Assembly: GCA_965655095.1 (NCBI GenBank)
Contig: OZ296650.1
Span: 52,266,001 to 52,330,000 of the forward strand
Length of the DNA: 64,000 nt
DNA from: Haplodiscus bocki
Lineage: Eukaryota
Direction: 5' to 3'
Shown here: positions 37,746 to 51,200 of the stretch, piece after piece
Numbering within the stretch: the stretch's first letter is position 1
Layout of the letters: the number at the start of each line of letters is the position of its first letter
Notes under the pieces: model-generated
The model's input: the letters and a program-made list of their open reading frames with translations, nothing else
Told to the model about the DNA's origin: nothing
Database searches by the model: none
Position numbers and translations under genes: made by a program

Positions 37746-39070
37746 GATCAATGAACAAAATCTCGAAGTTCCAAACATGGAACTTGGCTGCTAATTTTGA
37801 TTTTCCGCGAAAATCATTCTCACACTTCTCCGTTCCTACAGGATTAATTTCTTCCCTAATCAACTCCATCGGCAACTCCACTTTTCGAAGGAAATTTTGA
37901 CTTCGGAGTTCACTCAGGTCCAACTTTGCATGAATTGGCTGACACTGCGAAAAATCCAGTATGTACTACTTTTTATTATCTATCTCGAAGCCTAAACCTA
38001 ACCTCCTCGAAAGAAACAGGTTCGATTTCTTTGTTTAAAAACTCAATCGGTTCTCCCACTTTTGTAAGAGAGGATTCAATTGAAAATCTCTTCAATATGG
38101 TCCTTCCTTCAATATTTTGATTGACCAAAAAATCCAAAATCTGCTTGTAATGGAAGAACTATCTCGACATTGACAATCATGATTCTCCGTCAGTACTAGT
38201 TTGATTTCTTATGTGAAGGTCTCATTGAAAAACTGGATTTTTGTGCTGGCGAATTCGATTATCAATTTTTTTACTTTGATCCTTCCATCCAAACTTTGCT
38301 CGTTCAATGGATCCAAAACTTCACTCTGTCAAAAACGTGAATATTCATTGGAAACAAAACTTCTTTTGTTACTGGACTTTCTCCTTGTTGAAACCCATAT
38401 TTCCTAATCAATTCAGATTTGATTTTTTCTATTGTTGACTTCTCAATACAAATTATACTTTTTACGAGCAAGATTCATTAGATAACTAACCTGTTTTTAC
38501 TTTGATTGAAATTGCGTATGCTCCAAAGAAAACACATTTGCTGTTTTTAATTGTTCATCTCGAACCTCAAAGTAAAATTTGACTGTAGTTGAACGTCTGG
38601 TTTCAGCACTGAAGTTTCTGTTCGAATTATTTCTAAAATTTCGGAAGGATTTCGTTGAAGTATCCCCTTTTTTGATCTTTGCATCAGAAGTGTGACAGTC
38701 CGAAAAAGCCCAAAAATTATGGCAATAAAGGAATAACTCGGAATGGACAAATGTACTTGTCCATAACTACAAATTTGGCTTCAATCATGAAAGTCTCAAT
38801 CAAATATCTCACATTTGAGGAGGAGAGTTAGATTAGAAAATCATTCATGTTGATCATTGCTTCAAAACCTCGGCAGTCCAATGGATTCAAAACTTCTCCC
38901 AACATTGTTTTTTTTCCATGTCTAACCTCGACTTTTTTCCTTACTGCCAATTTGTTTCATTGTATAAGGGAATCAATCGGGAATTTTACGGTTTCAGAAA
39001 ACCTTTACAACAAAGTCAGTTTCTTTTGATCAATGAATAAAATCTCGAAAGTCCAAACGTGGAACTTGGA
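37746..39070 (+). repeat. Unit variant duplicated at ~41533-42857
   Basis: ORFs 37926/41713, 38201/41988, 38547/42334 and 38847/42634 are all offset by 3787. Confidence 0.9.
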
Positions 39071-42000
39071 TGCTAATTTTAATTTACCGGGAAAATCAAT
39101 CTCAAACTTCTCCGCTACTACAGGTTTCATTTCTTCATAATCAACTGTGTCGGCCACTCCTTTTTTCAAAGCGAATTTGGACTTCGGTGTTCACTCAGGT
39201 TCATCTTTGCGTGAATTGGTTGAAACTACGAAAAATCCAGTGTGTGTTACTTTTTATTATCTATTCCGAAGGCTAAACCTAACCTTCCTGAAAAAAAACA
39301 GGTTCGATTTATTCATTAAAAAACTCAATCGGTTTTCCCATTTTTGTATGAGAGGAATCGACTGAAAATTTCTTCAATATGGTCCCTGCTTCAATATTTT
39401 GATTGGATGGAAAATCTAAAAACTGCCTGTATTGAAAGAACTATCTCGACATTGACAATCATAACTCTCTATCAGTACTAGTTTGACTTCTTGCTTGAAA
39501 GTCTCATTGAAAAACTCGATTTTTGTGCTGACGAGTCCGATTAGCAAAGTTTTTGCTTTGATCCTTCCATCCAAACATTGTTCGTCCAATGGATCCGAAA
39601 TTTTTCCGTGTCAAAATCATGATTGTTCAATGGAAACAACACTTCTTCTAATTCCGGATATTCCCTTTGCAGAAACTATGATTTTCTAAACATTTAAGAT
39701 CTTATTTCTTCTATTGAGAGCTTAATACAAAATTACACTTTTTCAAAGTATGTTTTAATAGATAGCTACTTGTTTTTACTTTGAATTAAATTGCTTAGAC
39801 TCCGAAAAAAACATATGTGCTGTTTCTAATTGTTTATCTCGAACCTCAAAATAATATATGACAGTATTTAGCCATTTGATTTCCACCATGAAGTCTTTGT
39901 TCAAAAAATGTTCACTTTTTGTTTAGAGAATCCACTTTTTCGATCTTTACTTCAAAAGTGTGAGAGTCCGAAAAATCCCAAAATTTATGGTAATAAAGTA
40001 ATAACTCGGAATGGAAAAACGTACTTGTCCATAACTACAAGTTTGAATTCATTCTTGAAAGTCTCACTCAATATCTCGAATTTAGAATGAAAACTCATTC
40101 ATGTTGATTATTGCTTCAAAATCTCGGCCGTCCAATGGATTCAAAACTTCTACCAACATTGCTTCTTTTCCATGTCTAAACTCGTCATTTTTCTTTACTG
40201 CCAACTTGATTTACTGTGTAAAGGAATCAATAGGGAATTTTACTATTTCGGAAGACATTTACAACAAAGTCGGTTTCATTGGATCATTGAATGTCCAAAC
40301 ATGGAACTTGGCTACTTTTTTCGATTTACCGCGAAACTCAATCTCACATTTCTCAGTAACTACAGGTTTCATTTCTTCTCTAACCAACTCTGTCGGCAAC
40401 TCCACTTTTCAAGGGTAGTTTGGACTTCGGAATTCATTTTTTTGATCCTTTTTATGAATTGGCTGACACTACGAAAAATCAAATATCTGTTACCTTTTGT
40501 TATCTATCTCGAAGCGCACACTTAAAAATCTCCAAAAATACAGGTTCGATTTCTCAATCGGTTTTGCCACTTTTGTATGAGAGGATTCGACTGAATTTCT
40601 CTTCATTATGGTCCCTGCTTCAATATTTTGATTAACCGAAAATTCCAAAAACTGCTTGTAATGAAAGAACTATCTCGACGTTGACAATCATAGTTCTCCG
40701 TCAGTACTACCTTGATTTCTTCTGTGAAAGTCTCATTGAAAAACTGGATTTCTGTGCTGGCGAATTCGATTATCAAATTTTTTACATTGATCCTTCCATC
40801 CAAACTTTTTTCTTTCAATGGATCCAAAACTTCTCTCTGTCAAAAGCGTGATTGTTTATTGGAAACAAATCTTTTTTAAATTCTGGACTTTCTCCTTGGT
40901 GAAACCTATGTCTCCAAAGAAATTGCGCTTTGAATTCTTCTATAGATTTCTAAATACAAATTAAACCTTTTCAGAGCAAGATTCGGTAGATAGGTTACCT
41001 ATTTCTACTTTGATTGAAATTGCGTATACTCCAAAAAAACATATGTGCTGTTTTTGATTGTTCATCTTGAACTTCAAAACGAAATTTGACCGTAGCTGGA
41101 CAATTGGTTTTCGCCATGAGGCTTCTGTTTGAAAAACGTGCAAAATTTCGGAACGAATCGGTTGAAGTGTCCCCTTTTTCGATCTTCGCATCGGAAGTGT
41201 GACAGTCCAAAAATTCCGAAAAATTATGATAATAAAGAATAACCTGAAATGGACAAACATACTTGTTCATAAAAACAAGTTTGGTTTCATTCATGAAAGT
41301 CTCAATCAATTATCTCAAATTTGAGGAGGAGAGTTAGATTGGAAATTCATTCATGTTGATCATTGCTTCAAAATCTCGACAGTCCATTTGATTCAAAACT
41401 CCTACCATCATTGTTTTTGTCCATGTCTAAACTCGTTTTTTATCATTACTGCCAGTTTGATTCAATGTACAAAAGAATCAATCGGTATTTTTGCCGTTTC
41501 AGAAGACTTTTACAACAAAGTCGGTCTCTTTTGATCAATGAACAAAATCTCGAAGTTCCAAACATGGAACTTGGCTGCTAATTTTGATTTTCCGCGAAAA
41601 TCAATCTCACACTTCTCCGTTCCTACAGGATTGATTTCTTCCCTAATCAACTCCATCGGCAACTCCACTTTTCGAAGGAAATTTTGACTTCGGAGTTCAC
41701 TCAGGTCCAACTTTGCATGAATTGGCTGACACTGCGAAAAATCCAGTATGTACTACTTTTTATTATCTATCTCGAAGCCTAAACCTAACCTCCTCGAAAG
41801 AAACAGGTTCGATTTCTTTGTTTAAAAACTCAATCGGTTCTCCCACTTTTGTAAGAGAGGATTCAATTGAAAATCTCTTCAATATGGTCCCTGCTTCATT
41901 ATTTGGATTGACCGAAAAATCCAAATATTGCTCGTAATGAAAGACCTATCTCGACATTGACAATCATAATTCTCTGCCAGTACTAGCTTGATTTCTTATG

Positions 42001-42859
42001 TGAAGGTCTCATTGAAAAACTGGATTTTTGTGCTGGCGAATTCGATTATCAATTTTTTTACTTTGATCCTTCCATCCAAACTTTGCTCGTTCAATGGATC
42101 CAAAACTTCACTCTGTCAAAAACGTGAATATTCATTGGAAACAAAACTTCTTTTGTTACTGGACTTTCTCCTTGTTGAAACCCATATTTCCTAATCAATT
42201 CAGATTTGATTTTTTCTATTGTTGACTTCTCAATACAAATTATACTTTTTACGAGCAAGATTCATTAGATAACTAACCTGTTTTTACTTTGATTGAAATT
42301 GCGTATGCTCCAAAGAAAACACATTTGCTGTTTTTAATTGTTCATCTCGAACCTCAAAGTAAAATTTGACTGCAGTTGAACATCTGGTTTCAGCACTGAA
42401 GTTTCTGTTCGAATTATTTCTAAAATTTCGGAAGGATTTCGTTGAAGTATCCCCTTTTTTGATCTTTGCATCAGAAGTGTGACAGTCCGAAAAAGCCCAA
42501 AAATTATGGCAATAAAGGAATAACTCGGAATGGACAAATGTACTTGTCCATAACTACAAATTTGGCTTCAATCATGAAAGTCTCAATCAAATATCTCACA
42601 TTTGAGGAGGAGAGTTAGATTAGAAAATCATTCATGTTGATCATTGCTTCAAAACCTCGGCAGTCCAATGGATTCAAAACTTCTCCCAACATTGTTTTTT
42701 TTCCATGTCTAACCTCGACTTTTTTCCTTACTGCCAATTTGTTTCATTGTATAAGGGAATCAATCGGGAATTTTACGGTTTCAGAAAACCTTTACAACAA
42801 AGTCAGTTTCTTTTGATCAATGAAAAAAATCTCGAAAGTCCAAACATGGAACTTGGCTG

Positions 42860-45800
42860 CTAATTTTGATTTACCGAGAAAATCAATCTCACACTTCTCC
42901 GTTACTACAGGTTGCAACTCTTCCCTAATGAACTGCGTCGGCAACTCCACTTTTCAAGAGAGACTTTGACTTCGGAGTTCATTCACGTTGATCCCTGCAT
43001 GAATAGGCTGACACTAAGATAAACCCAACATGTGTTACCTTTTATTATCTATCTCCAAACCCAAACCTAGTGTTCTCCAAAACTGAAGGTTTCATTTCTT
43101 CCTTGAAAAACTCAGTCAGTTTTCCCCAATTTTGTATGAGAAGATTCGACTGAACTTGTCTTCAATATGGTCCTTGCTTCATTTTTTGGATTGACCGAAG
43201 AAATCAAAAACTGCTTGTATTGCAAAAGTTATCTGGATATTGACAATCATAATCATCAGTCGCTACAAGCTCAATTTCTTCTATGAAAGCTTCACTAGAA
43301 AACTCTGTTTTTGTGCTGGCGGATTCGATTGTCAAAAATTTTACTTTGAGCCTCGCATCTAAATTTTGATCGTCCAATGGATCCAAAGTATCTCTCCGCC
43401 AAATTCTTGATTGCTCAATGGAAAAAAATTTCATCTATTTCCGGAGTTTATCCCCGGCGAAACTCAGACTTCCTAACCAGTTTAGATTTGATTTCTTCTA
43501 TTGGGACCTCAATACAAGTTATATATTTTTAGAAAAGTATTCAAAAGATAACTTACTTGATTTAATTTTGATTGAAACTGCGTACACTCCAAGAGAAAGC
43601 AAATATGCTGTTTTTATTTGTTTATCTCGAACCCAAAAAAAAATCTGGTCGTAACTGACCATTTGGTTTCCACCATGAAGTTTTTGTTCGGAAAGTGGTC
43701 GGTCTTTTGGGAAGATTTTGTTGGAGAAACCGTTCTTTCGATCTTTGCATCAAAAGTGTTACATTTCCGGAAAACCCAAAAATTACGGTAAAAAAGGATT
43801 AACTCGAAATGGACAATCATACTTGTCCATAACTACAAGTTTGAATTCATTCATGAAAGTTTTAATCAAAGATCTTGAATTTGAGGAAGAGAGTTAAATT
43901 GAAAACTCATTCATCTTGATCATTGGCTCAAAATCACGGCCGTCCAGTGGATTCACAGCTTCTACCAACATTGTTTACTTTCCCAGTCTAAAGTCATCGT
44001 TTCTCATTACTGCCGGATTAATTTACTGTATAAAGCAATCAATCGGGAGTTTGGCCGTTTCAAAAAACATTTAAAACAAAGTCAATTTCTTTTGATCAAT
44101 GAATAAAATCTCGAAAGTCCAAACGTGGAACTTGGCTGCTAATTTTCATTTACCGAGAAAATCATTCTCACACTTCTCCGTTACTACACGTTACAACTCT
44201 TCCCCAATCAACTCCGTCGGCAACTCCACTTTTCAAGATAGACTTTGACTTCGGAGTTCATTGTTCATTCGCGTTGATCCCTGCATGAATTGGCTGACAC
44301 TTAGATAAAACCTACATGTGTTACCTTTTATTATCTATCTCCAAGCCCAAACCTAGTATTCTCCAAAACTGAAGGTTTCATTTTTCGTTGAAAAGCTTAG
44401 TCAATTTTCCCCAATTTTGTATGAGAAGATTCGACTGAACTTGTCATCAATATGGTCCTTGCTTCATTTTTTGGATTGACCGAAGAAATCAAAGACTGCT
44501 TGTATTGCAAAAGTTATCTGGACATTGACAATCATAATCATCAGTCGCTACAAGCTCAATTTCTTCTATGAAAGCTTCACTAGAAAACTCTGTTTTTGTG
44601 CTGGCGGATTCGATTGTCAAAAATTTTACTTTGAGCCTCGCATCTAAATTTTGATCGTCCAATGGATCCAAAGTATCTCTCCGCCAAATTCTTGATTGCT
44701 CAATGGAAAAAAATTTCATCTATTTCCGGAGTTTATCATCGGCGAAACTCAGACTTCCTAATCATTTTAGATTTGATTTCTTCTATTGAGACCTCAATAC
44801 AAGTTATATCTTTTTAGAGAAGGATTCAAAAGATAACTTATTTGATTTAATTTTGATTGAAATTGCGTACACTCCAAGGGAAAGCAAATATGCTGTTTTT
44901 ATTTGTTTATCTCGAACCCCAAAACAAAATCTGGCCGTAGCTGGCCATTTGGTTTCCACCATGAAGTTTTTGTCCGGAAAGTGGTCGGTTTTTTGGGAAG
45001 ATTTTGTTGGAGAAACCGTTCTTTCGATCTTTGCATCAAAAGTGTTACATTTCCGGAAAACCCAAAAATTACGGTAAAAAAGGATTAGCTCGAAATGGAC
45101 AATCATACTTGTACATAACTACAAGTTTGAATTCTTTCATGAAAGTTTCAATCGAGGATCTTGAATTTGAGGAGGAGAATTAGATTGAAAGATCATTCAT
45201 CTTGATCATTGGCTCAAAATCACGGCCGTCCAGTGGAATCACAGCTTCTACCAACATTGATTAATTTCCAAGTCTAAAGTCGTCGTTTCTCATTACTGCC
45301 GGTTTGATTTACCGTGAAAAGCAATCAATCGGGAGTTTTGCCGTTTCAAAAAACATTTACAACAAAGTCAGTTTCTTTTGATCAATGTATAAAATCTCGA
45401 AAGTCCAAACGTGGAACTTGGCTGCTAATTTTCATTTACCGTGAAAATCAATCTCACACTTCTCCGTTACTACAGGTTGCAACTCTTCCCTAATGAACTG
45501 CGTCGGCAACTCCACTTTTCAAGAGAGACTTTGACTTCGGAGTTCATTCACGTTGATCGCTGCATGAATAGGCTGACACTAAGATAAACCCAACATGTGT
45601 TACCTTTTATTATCTATCTCCAAGCCCAAACCTAGTATTCTCCAAAACTGAAGGTTTCATTTCTTCGTTGAAAAACTCAGTCAATTTTCCCCAATTTTGT
45701 ATGAGAAGATTCGACTGAACTTGTCTTCAATATGGTCCTTGCTTCATTTTTTGGATTGACCGAAGAAATCAAAAACTGCTTGTATTGCAAAAGTTATCTG

Positions 45801-48250
45801 GACAATGACAATCATAATCAACAGTCGCTACAAGCTCAATTTCTTCTATGAAAGCTTCACTAGAAAACTCTGTTTTTGTGCTGGCGGATTCCATTGTCAA
45901 AAATTTTACTTTGAGCCTCGCATCTAAATTTTGATCGTCCAATGGATCCAAAGTATCTCTCCGCCAACTTCTTGATTGCTCAATGGAAAAAAATTTCATC
46001 TACTTCCGGAGTTTATCCCCGGTGAAATTCATACTTCCTAATCATATTAGATTTGATTTCTTCTGTTGAGACCTCAATACAAGGTATATCTTTCCAGAAA
46101 ATGATTCAAAAGATAACTTACTTGGTTTAATTTTGATTGAAATTGCGTACACTCCAAGAGAAAGCAAATATGCTGTTTTTATTTGTTTATCTCGAACCCA
46201 AAATAAAATCTGGTCGTAACTGACCATTTGGTTTCCACCATGAAGTTTTTGTTCGGAAAGTCGTCGGTTTTTTGGGAAGATTTTGTTGGAGAAACCGTTC
46301 TTTCGATCTTTGCATCAAAAGTGTTACATTTCCGGAAAACCCAAAAATTACGGTAAAAAAGGATTAACTCGAAATGGACAATCATACTTGTCCATAACTA
46401 CAAGTTTGAATTCATTCATGAAAGTTTCAATCAAAGATCTTGAATTTGAGGAAGAGAGTTAAATTGAAAACTCATTCATCTTGATCATTGGCTCAAAATC
46501 ACGGCCGTCCAGTGGATTCACAGCTTCTACCAACATTGTTTACTTTCCCAGTCTAAAGTCATCGTTTCTCATTACTGCCGGATTAATTTACTGTATAAAG
46601 CAATCAATCGGGAGTTTGGCCGTTTCAAAAAACATTTAAAACAAAGTCAATTTCTTTTGATCAATGAATAAAATCTCGAAAGTCCAAACGTGGAACTTGG
46701 CTGCTAATTTTCATTTACCGAGAAAATCATTCTCACACTTCTCCGTTACTACACGTTACAACTCTTCCCCAATCAACTCCGTCGGCAACTCCACTTTTCA
46801 AGATAGACTTTGACTTCGGAGTTCATTGTTCATTCGCGTTGATACCTGCATGAATTGGCTGACACTTAGATAAAACCTACATGTGTTACCTTTTATTATC
46901 TATCTCCAAGCCCAAACCTAGTATTCTCCAAAACTGAAGGTTTCATTTTTCGTTGAAAAGCTTAGTCAATTTTCCCCAATTTTGTATGAGAAGATTCGAC
47001 TGAACTTGTCATCAATATGGTCCTTGCTTCATTTTTTGGATTGACCGAAGAAATCAAAGACTGCTTGTATTGCAAAAGTTATCTGGACATTGACAATCAT
47101 AATCATCAGTCGCTACAAGCTCAATTTCTTCTATGAAAGCTTCACTAGAAAACTCTGTTTTTGTGCTGGCGGATTCGATTGTCAAAAATTTTACTTTGAG
47201 CCTCGCATCTAAATTTTGATCGTCCAATGGATCCAAAGTATCTCTCCGCCAAATTCTTGATTGCTCAATGGAAAAAAATTTCATCTATTTCCGGAGTTTA
47301 TCCCCGGCGAAACTCAGACTTCCTAATCATTTTAGATTTGATTTCTTCTATTGAGACCTCAATACAAATTATATCTTTTTAGAGAAGGATTCAAAAGATA
47401 ACTTATTTGATTTAATTTTGATTGAAATTGCGTACACTCCAAGGGAAAGCAAATATGCTGTTTTTATTTGTTTATCTCGAACCCCAAAATAAAATCTGGC
47501 CGTAGCTGGCCATTTGTTTTCCACCATGATGTTTTTGTTCCAAAAATGGTCGGTTTTTTGGGAAGATTTTGTTGGAGAAACCGTTCTTTCGATCTTTGCA
47601 TCAAAAGTGTTACATTTCCGGAAAACCCAAAAATTACGGTAATAAAGGATTAACTCGAAATGGACAATCATACTTGTACATAACTACAAGTTTGAATTCT
47701 TTCATGAAAGTTTCAATCGAAGATCTTGAATTTGAGGAGGAGAGTTAGATTGAAAGATCATTCATCTTGATCATTGGCTCAAAATCACGGCCGTCCAGTG
47801 GATTCACAGCTTCTACCAACATTGATTAATTTCCAAGTCTAAAGTCGTCGTTTCTCATTACTGCCGGTTTGATTTACCGTGAAAAGCAATCAATCGGGAG
47901 TTTTGCCGTTTCAAAAAACATTTACAACAAAGTCAGTTTCTTTTGATCAATGTATAAAATCTCGAAAGTCCAAACGTGGAACTTGGCTGCTAATTTTCAT
48001 TTACCGTGAAAATCATTCTCACACTTCTCCGTTACTACACGTTACAACTCTTCCCCAATCAACTCCGTCGGCAACTCCACTTTTCAAGATAGACTTTGAC
48101 TTCGGAGTTCATTGTTCATTCGCGTTGATCCCTGCATGAATTGGCTGACACTTAGATAAAATCTACATGTGTTACCTTTTATTATCTATCTCCAAGCCCA
48201 AACCTAGTATTCTCCAAAATTGAAGGTTTCATTTTTCGTTGAAAAACTTA
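42860..48250 (+). repeat. Homogeneous subfamily block: about 4.2 units arranged as a 2565-bp dimer x2
   Basis: ORFs 43204/45769, 44489/47054 and 44804/47369 are offset by 2565. A private gttcattgttcattc micro-duplication occurs at 44256, 46821 and 48107. Confidence 0.9.
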
Positions 48251-51200
48251 GTCGGTTTTCCCCACTTTTGTATGAGAGCATTCGACTAAAATTTTCTTCA
48301 ATGTGGTCCCTTCTCTAAAATTTTGATTGAAAAAAAATCCAAAATCTGCTTGTAATGAAAGAATTATCTCGACATTGACAATCATAATTCTCCGTCAGTA
48401 CTAGTTTGATTTCATCCTTGAAAGTCTCATTGAAAAACTCATTTTTTGTGCTGGCGAATTCGATTATCAAAATTTTTGCTTTGATTTTTCCATCCAAACT
48501 TTGCTCGTCCAAGGGATCCAAAAATTCTGTCTGTCATAATCGTGATTAATCAATGGAACCAAATCTTCTTCAAATTCCGGACTTTCTGCTCGGTGAAACC
48601 CATTTCTCCTAGAAATTTCCGATATGAAATCTTCTATTGAGTTTAAATACAAATTAAATTTTTTCAGAGCAAAGTTCGGTAGATAGCTTACCTATTTCTA
48701 CTTTGATTGAAATTGCGTATACTCCAAAAAAACATATGTGCTGTTTTTAATTCTTCATCTCGAACTTCAATACGAAATTTGACCGTAGTTGCACATTTGG
48801 TTTCAACCATGACGTTTGTGTTCCAAAATCGTTCAAATCTTCGGAAGGAATTGTTTGAAGTGTCCCTTTTTTCGATCTTCGCATCAGAAGTCTGACAGCC
48901 CAAAAAATCCCAAAATTTATGGTAAAAAACAATAACTCGAACTGGACAAACATACATGTCCATAACTACAAGTTTGAATTCATTAATGAAAGTCTCAATC
49001 AAATCTTGAATTTGAGGAGGAGAGTTAGATTGAAAAGTAATTCAGGTTGATAATTGCTTCAAAATCTCGGCCGTCCAATGGATTCACAGCTTCTACCAAC
49101 ATTGATTAATTTCCAAGTCTAAAGTCGTCGTTTCTCATTACTGCTGGTTTGATTTACCGTATAAAGCAATCAATCGGGGGTTTGGCCGTTTCAAAAAACA
49201 TTTACAACAAAGTCAGTTTCTTTTGATCAATGAATCAAAATATCGGAAGTCCAAACATGGAAAATGATTACTTATTTCGATTTACCGCGAAACACAATCT
49301 CGCATTTCTCAGTAACTACAGGTTTCATTTCTTCCCTATTCAACCCCGTCGGCAACTCCACTTTTTAATGGGATTTTGGACTTCAGAGTTCGTTTGGTTA
49401 ATGCTTGCATGAATTGGCTGACACGAAAAATCCAAAATCTGTTACCTTTCATTATCTATCTCGCAGCCCGAACCTAACCTTCTCCAAAAATACAGGTTCG
49501 AATTCTTCATTGAACACCTCAATCGCTTGTCCCACTTTTGTATGAGAGGATGCGGTTGAAATTGTCTTCAATATAGTCCCTGCTTCAATATTTAGGTTGA
49601 CGGAAAATTCCAAAAACTGCTTGTGTTGAAAGGACTATCTGGACGTTGACAAATATAAATCTCAGCCAGTACTGGCTTGATTTCTTATATGAAAGTCTTA
49701 TTGGAAAACTCTAGCTTTACTATGGCGAACAAAAGTGTCAATACTTTTACTTTGATCCGTCCATCCAAACTTTGTTCGTCCAATGAATCCAAAACATCTA
49801 GCTGTCAAAATCGTGATTGTTCCATGGTAAAAAAACTTCTTTTAATTCCGGAGTTTCTCCTCGGTGAAACCCGTATTTCCTAATCAATTCCGATTTGAAT
49901 TCTTCTTTTGAGTTCTCAATACAAAATATAAATTTTCTGAGCAAGATTCAACAGATTGCTTACCTGTTTTAAACTTGATTGAAAGTGCGTTTACTCCAAA
50001 AAAAAACAAATGTGCTGTTTTTAATTGTTCATCTCGAACCTCAAAATAATATATGACCGTAGTTGGCCATTTGATTTCCACCATGAAGTTTTCATTCGAG
50101 AAATGTTCAATTTTTTGGAAAAATTTGGTTGCAGAAATCCCTTTTTCGATCTTTACATCAAAAGTGTGACAGTCCGAGAAATCCCAAAGGTTATGGTAAT
50201 AAGGGATTACCTCGAAATGGACGATCACACCTGTACATAACTATAAATTTGACTTCATTCATGAAAGTCTCAATCAAAAATCTCAAAATTGAGGAGAAGA
50301 GTTAGATTGAAAACTCATTCATGTTGATCATTGCTTCAAGTTCTCGGCCGTGCAGCGGTTTCAAAAATTCTACCGACAACAATTCTTTTCCATGTCCAAA
50401 CTCGTCTATCTTCATAACTGCCTGTTTGCTCTACTGTATAAACGAATCAATCGAGAACTTTACCGTTTTAGCAAGATTTCCAACAAAAATTCGTTCCTTT
50501 TGATCGGTGAATCAAAATCTCGAATGTCCAAACAAGGAATTTGGCTACTTATTTCGATTTACCGCGAAACTCAATCTCACATTTGTCCGTAACTACAGAA
50601 TTCATTTCTTGCCTAATCACTCCGTCGACTACTCCACTTTTGAAAAAGAATTTTGACTTCAGAGTTCATTCAGGTTGATCTTTGCATGATTTGGCCGACA
50701 CTACGAAAAATCCAACATTTCTAACTTCTTTATCTATCTCCAAGACCAAACCTAACATTCTGCAAAGCTGAAGTCATTTCTTCGTTGAAAAACTCAATCG
50801 GTTCTCCCCAGTTTTGTATGAAAAGATTCGATTGAAATTGTCTTCAATATGGTCCCTGCTTCGACATTTGGATTGACCGAAGAAACCAAAAGCTGCTTGT
50901 AATGAAAAAATTATCTCGACATTGACAATCATAAATATCAGTCAATACAAGCTTGATTTTTTCTATGAAAGTCTCACTGGAAAACTCTATTATTGTGCTG
51001 GCGAATTCGATTGTCAAAAACTTCACTTTGATCCCTGCATCCAAACATAGGTCGTTCAATGGTCCAACATTTCTCTCTGCCAAAATCTTGCTTGCTCAAT
51101 GGACACAAAATTTCTTCTAATTCCGGAAGTTGTCCCATGTGAAACTCATATTTCCTAATCAATTTAGATTTGATTTCTTCTATTGAGAACTCAATACAGG

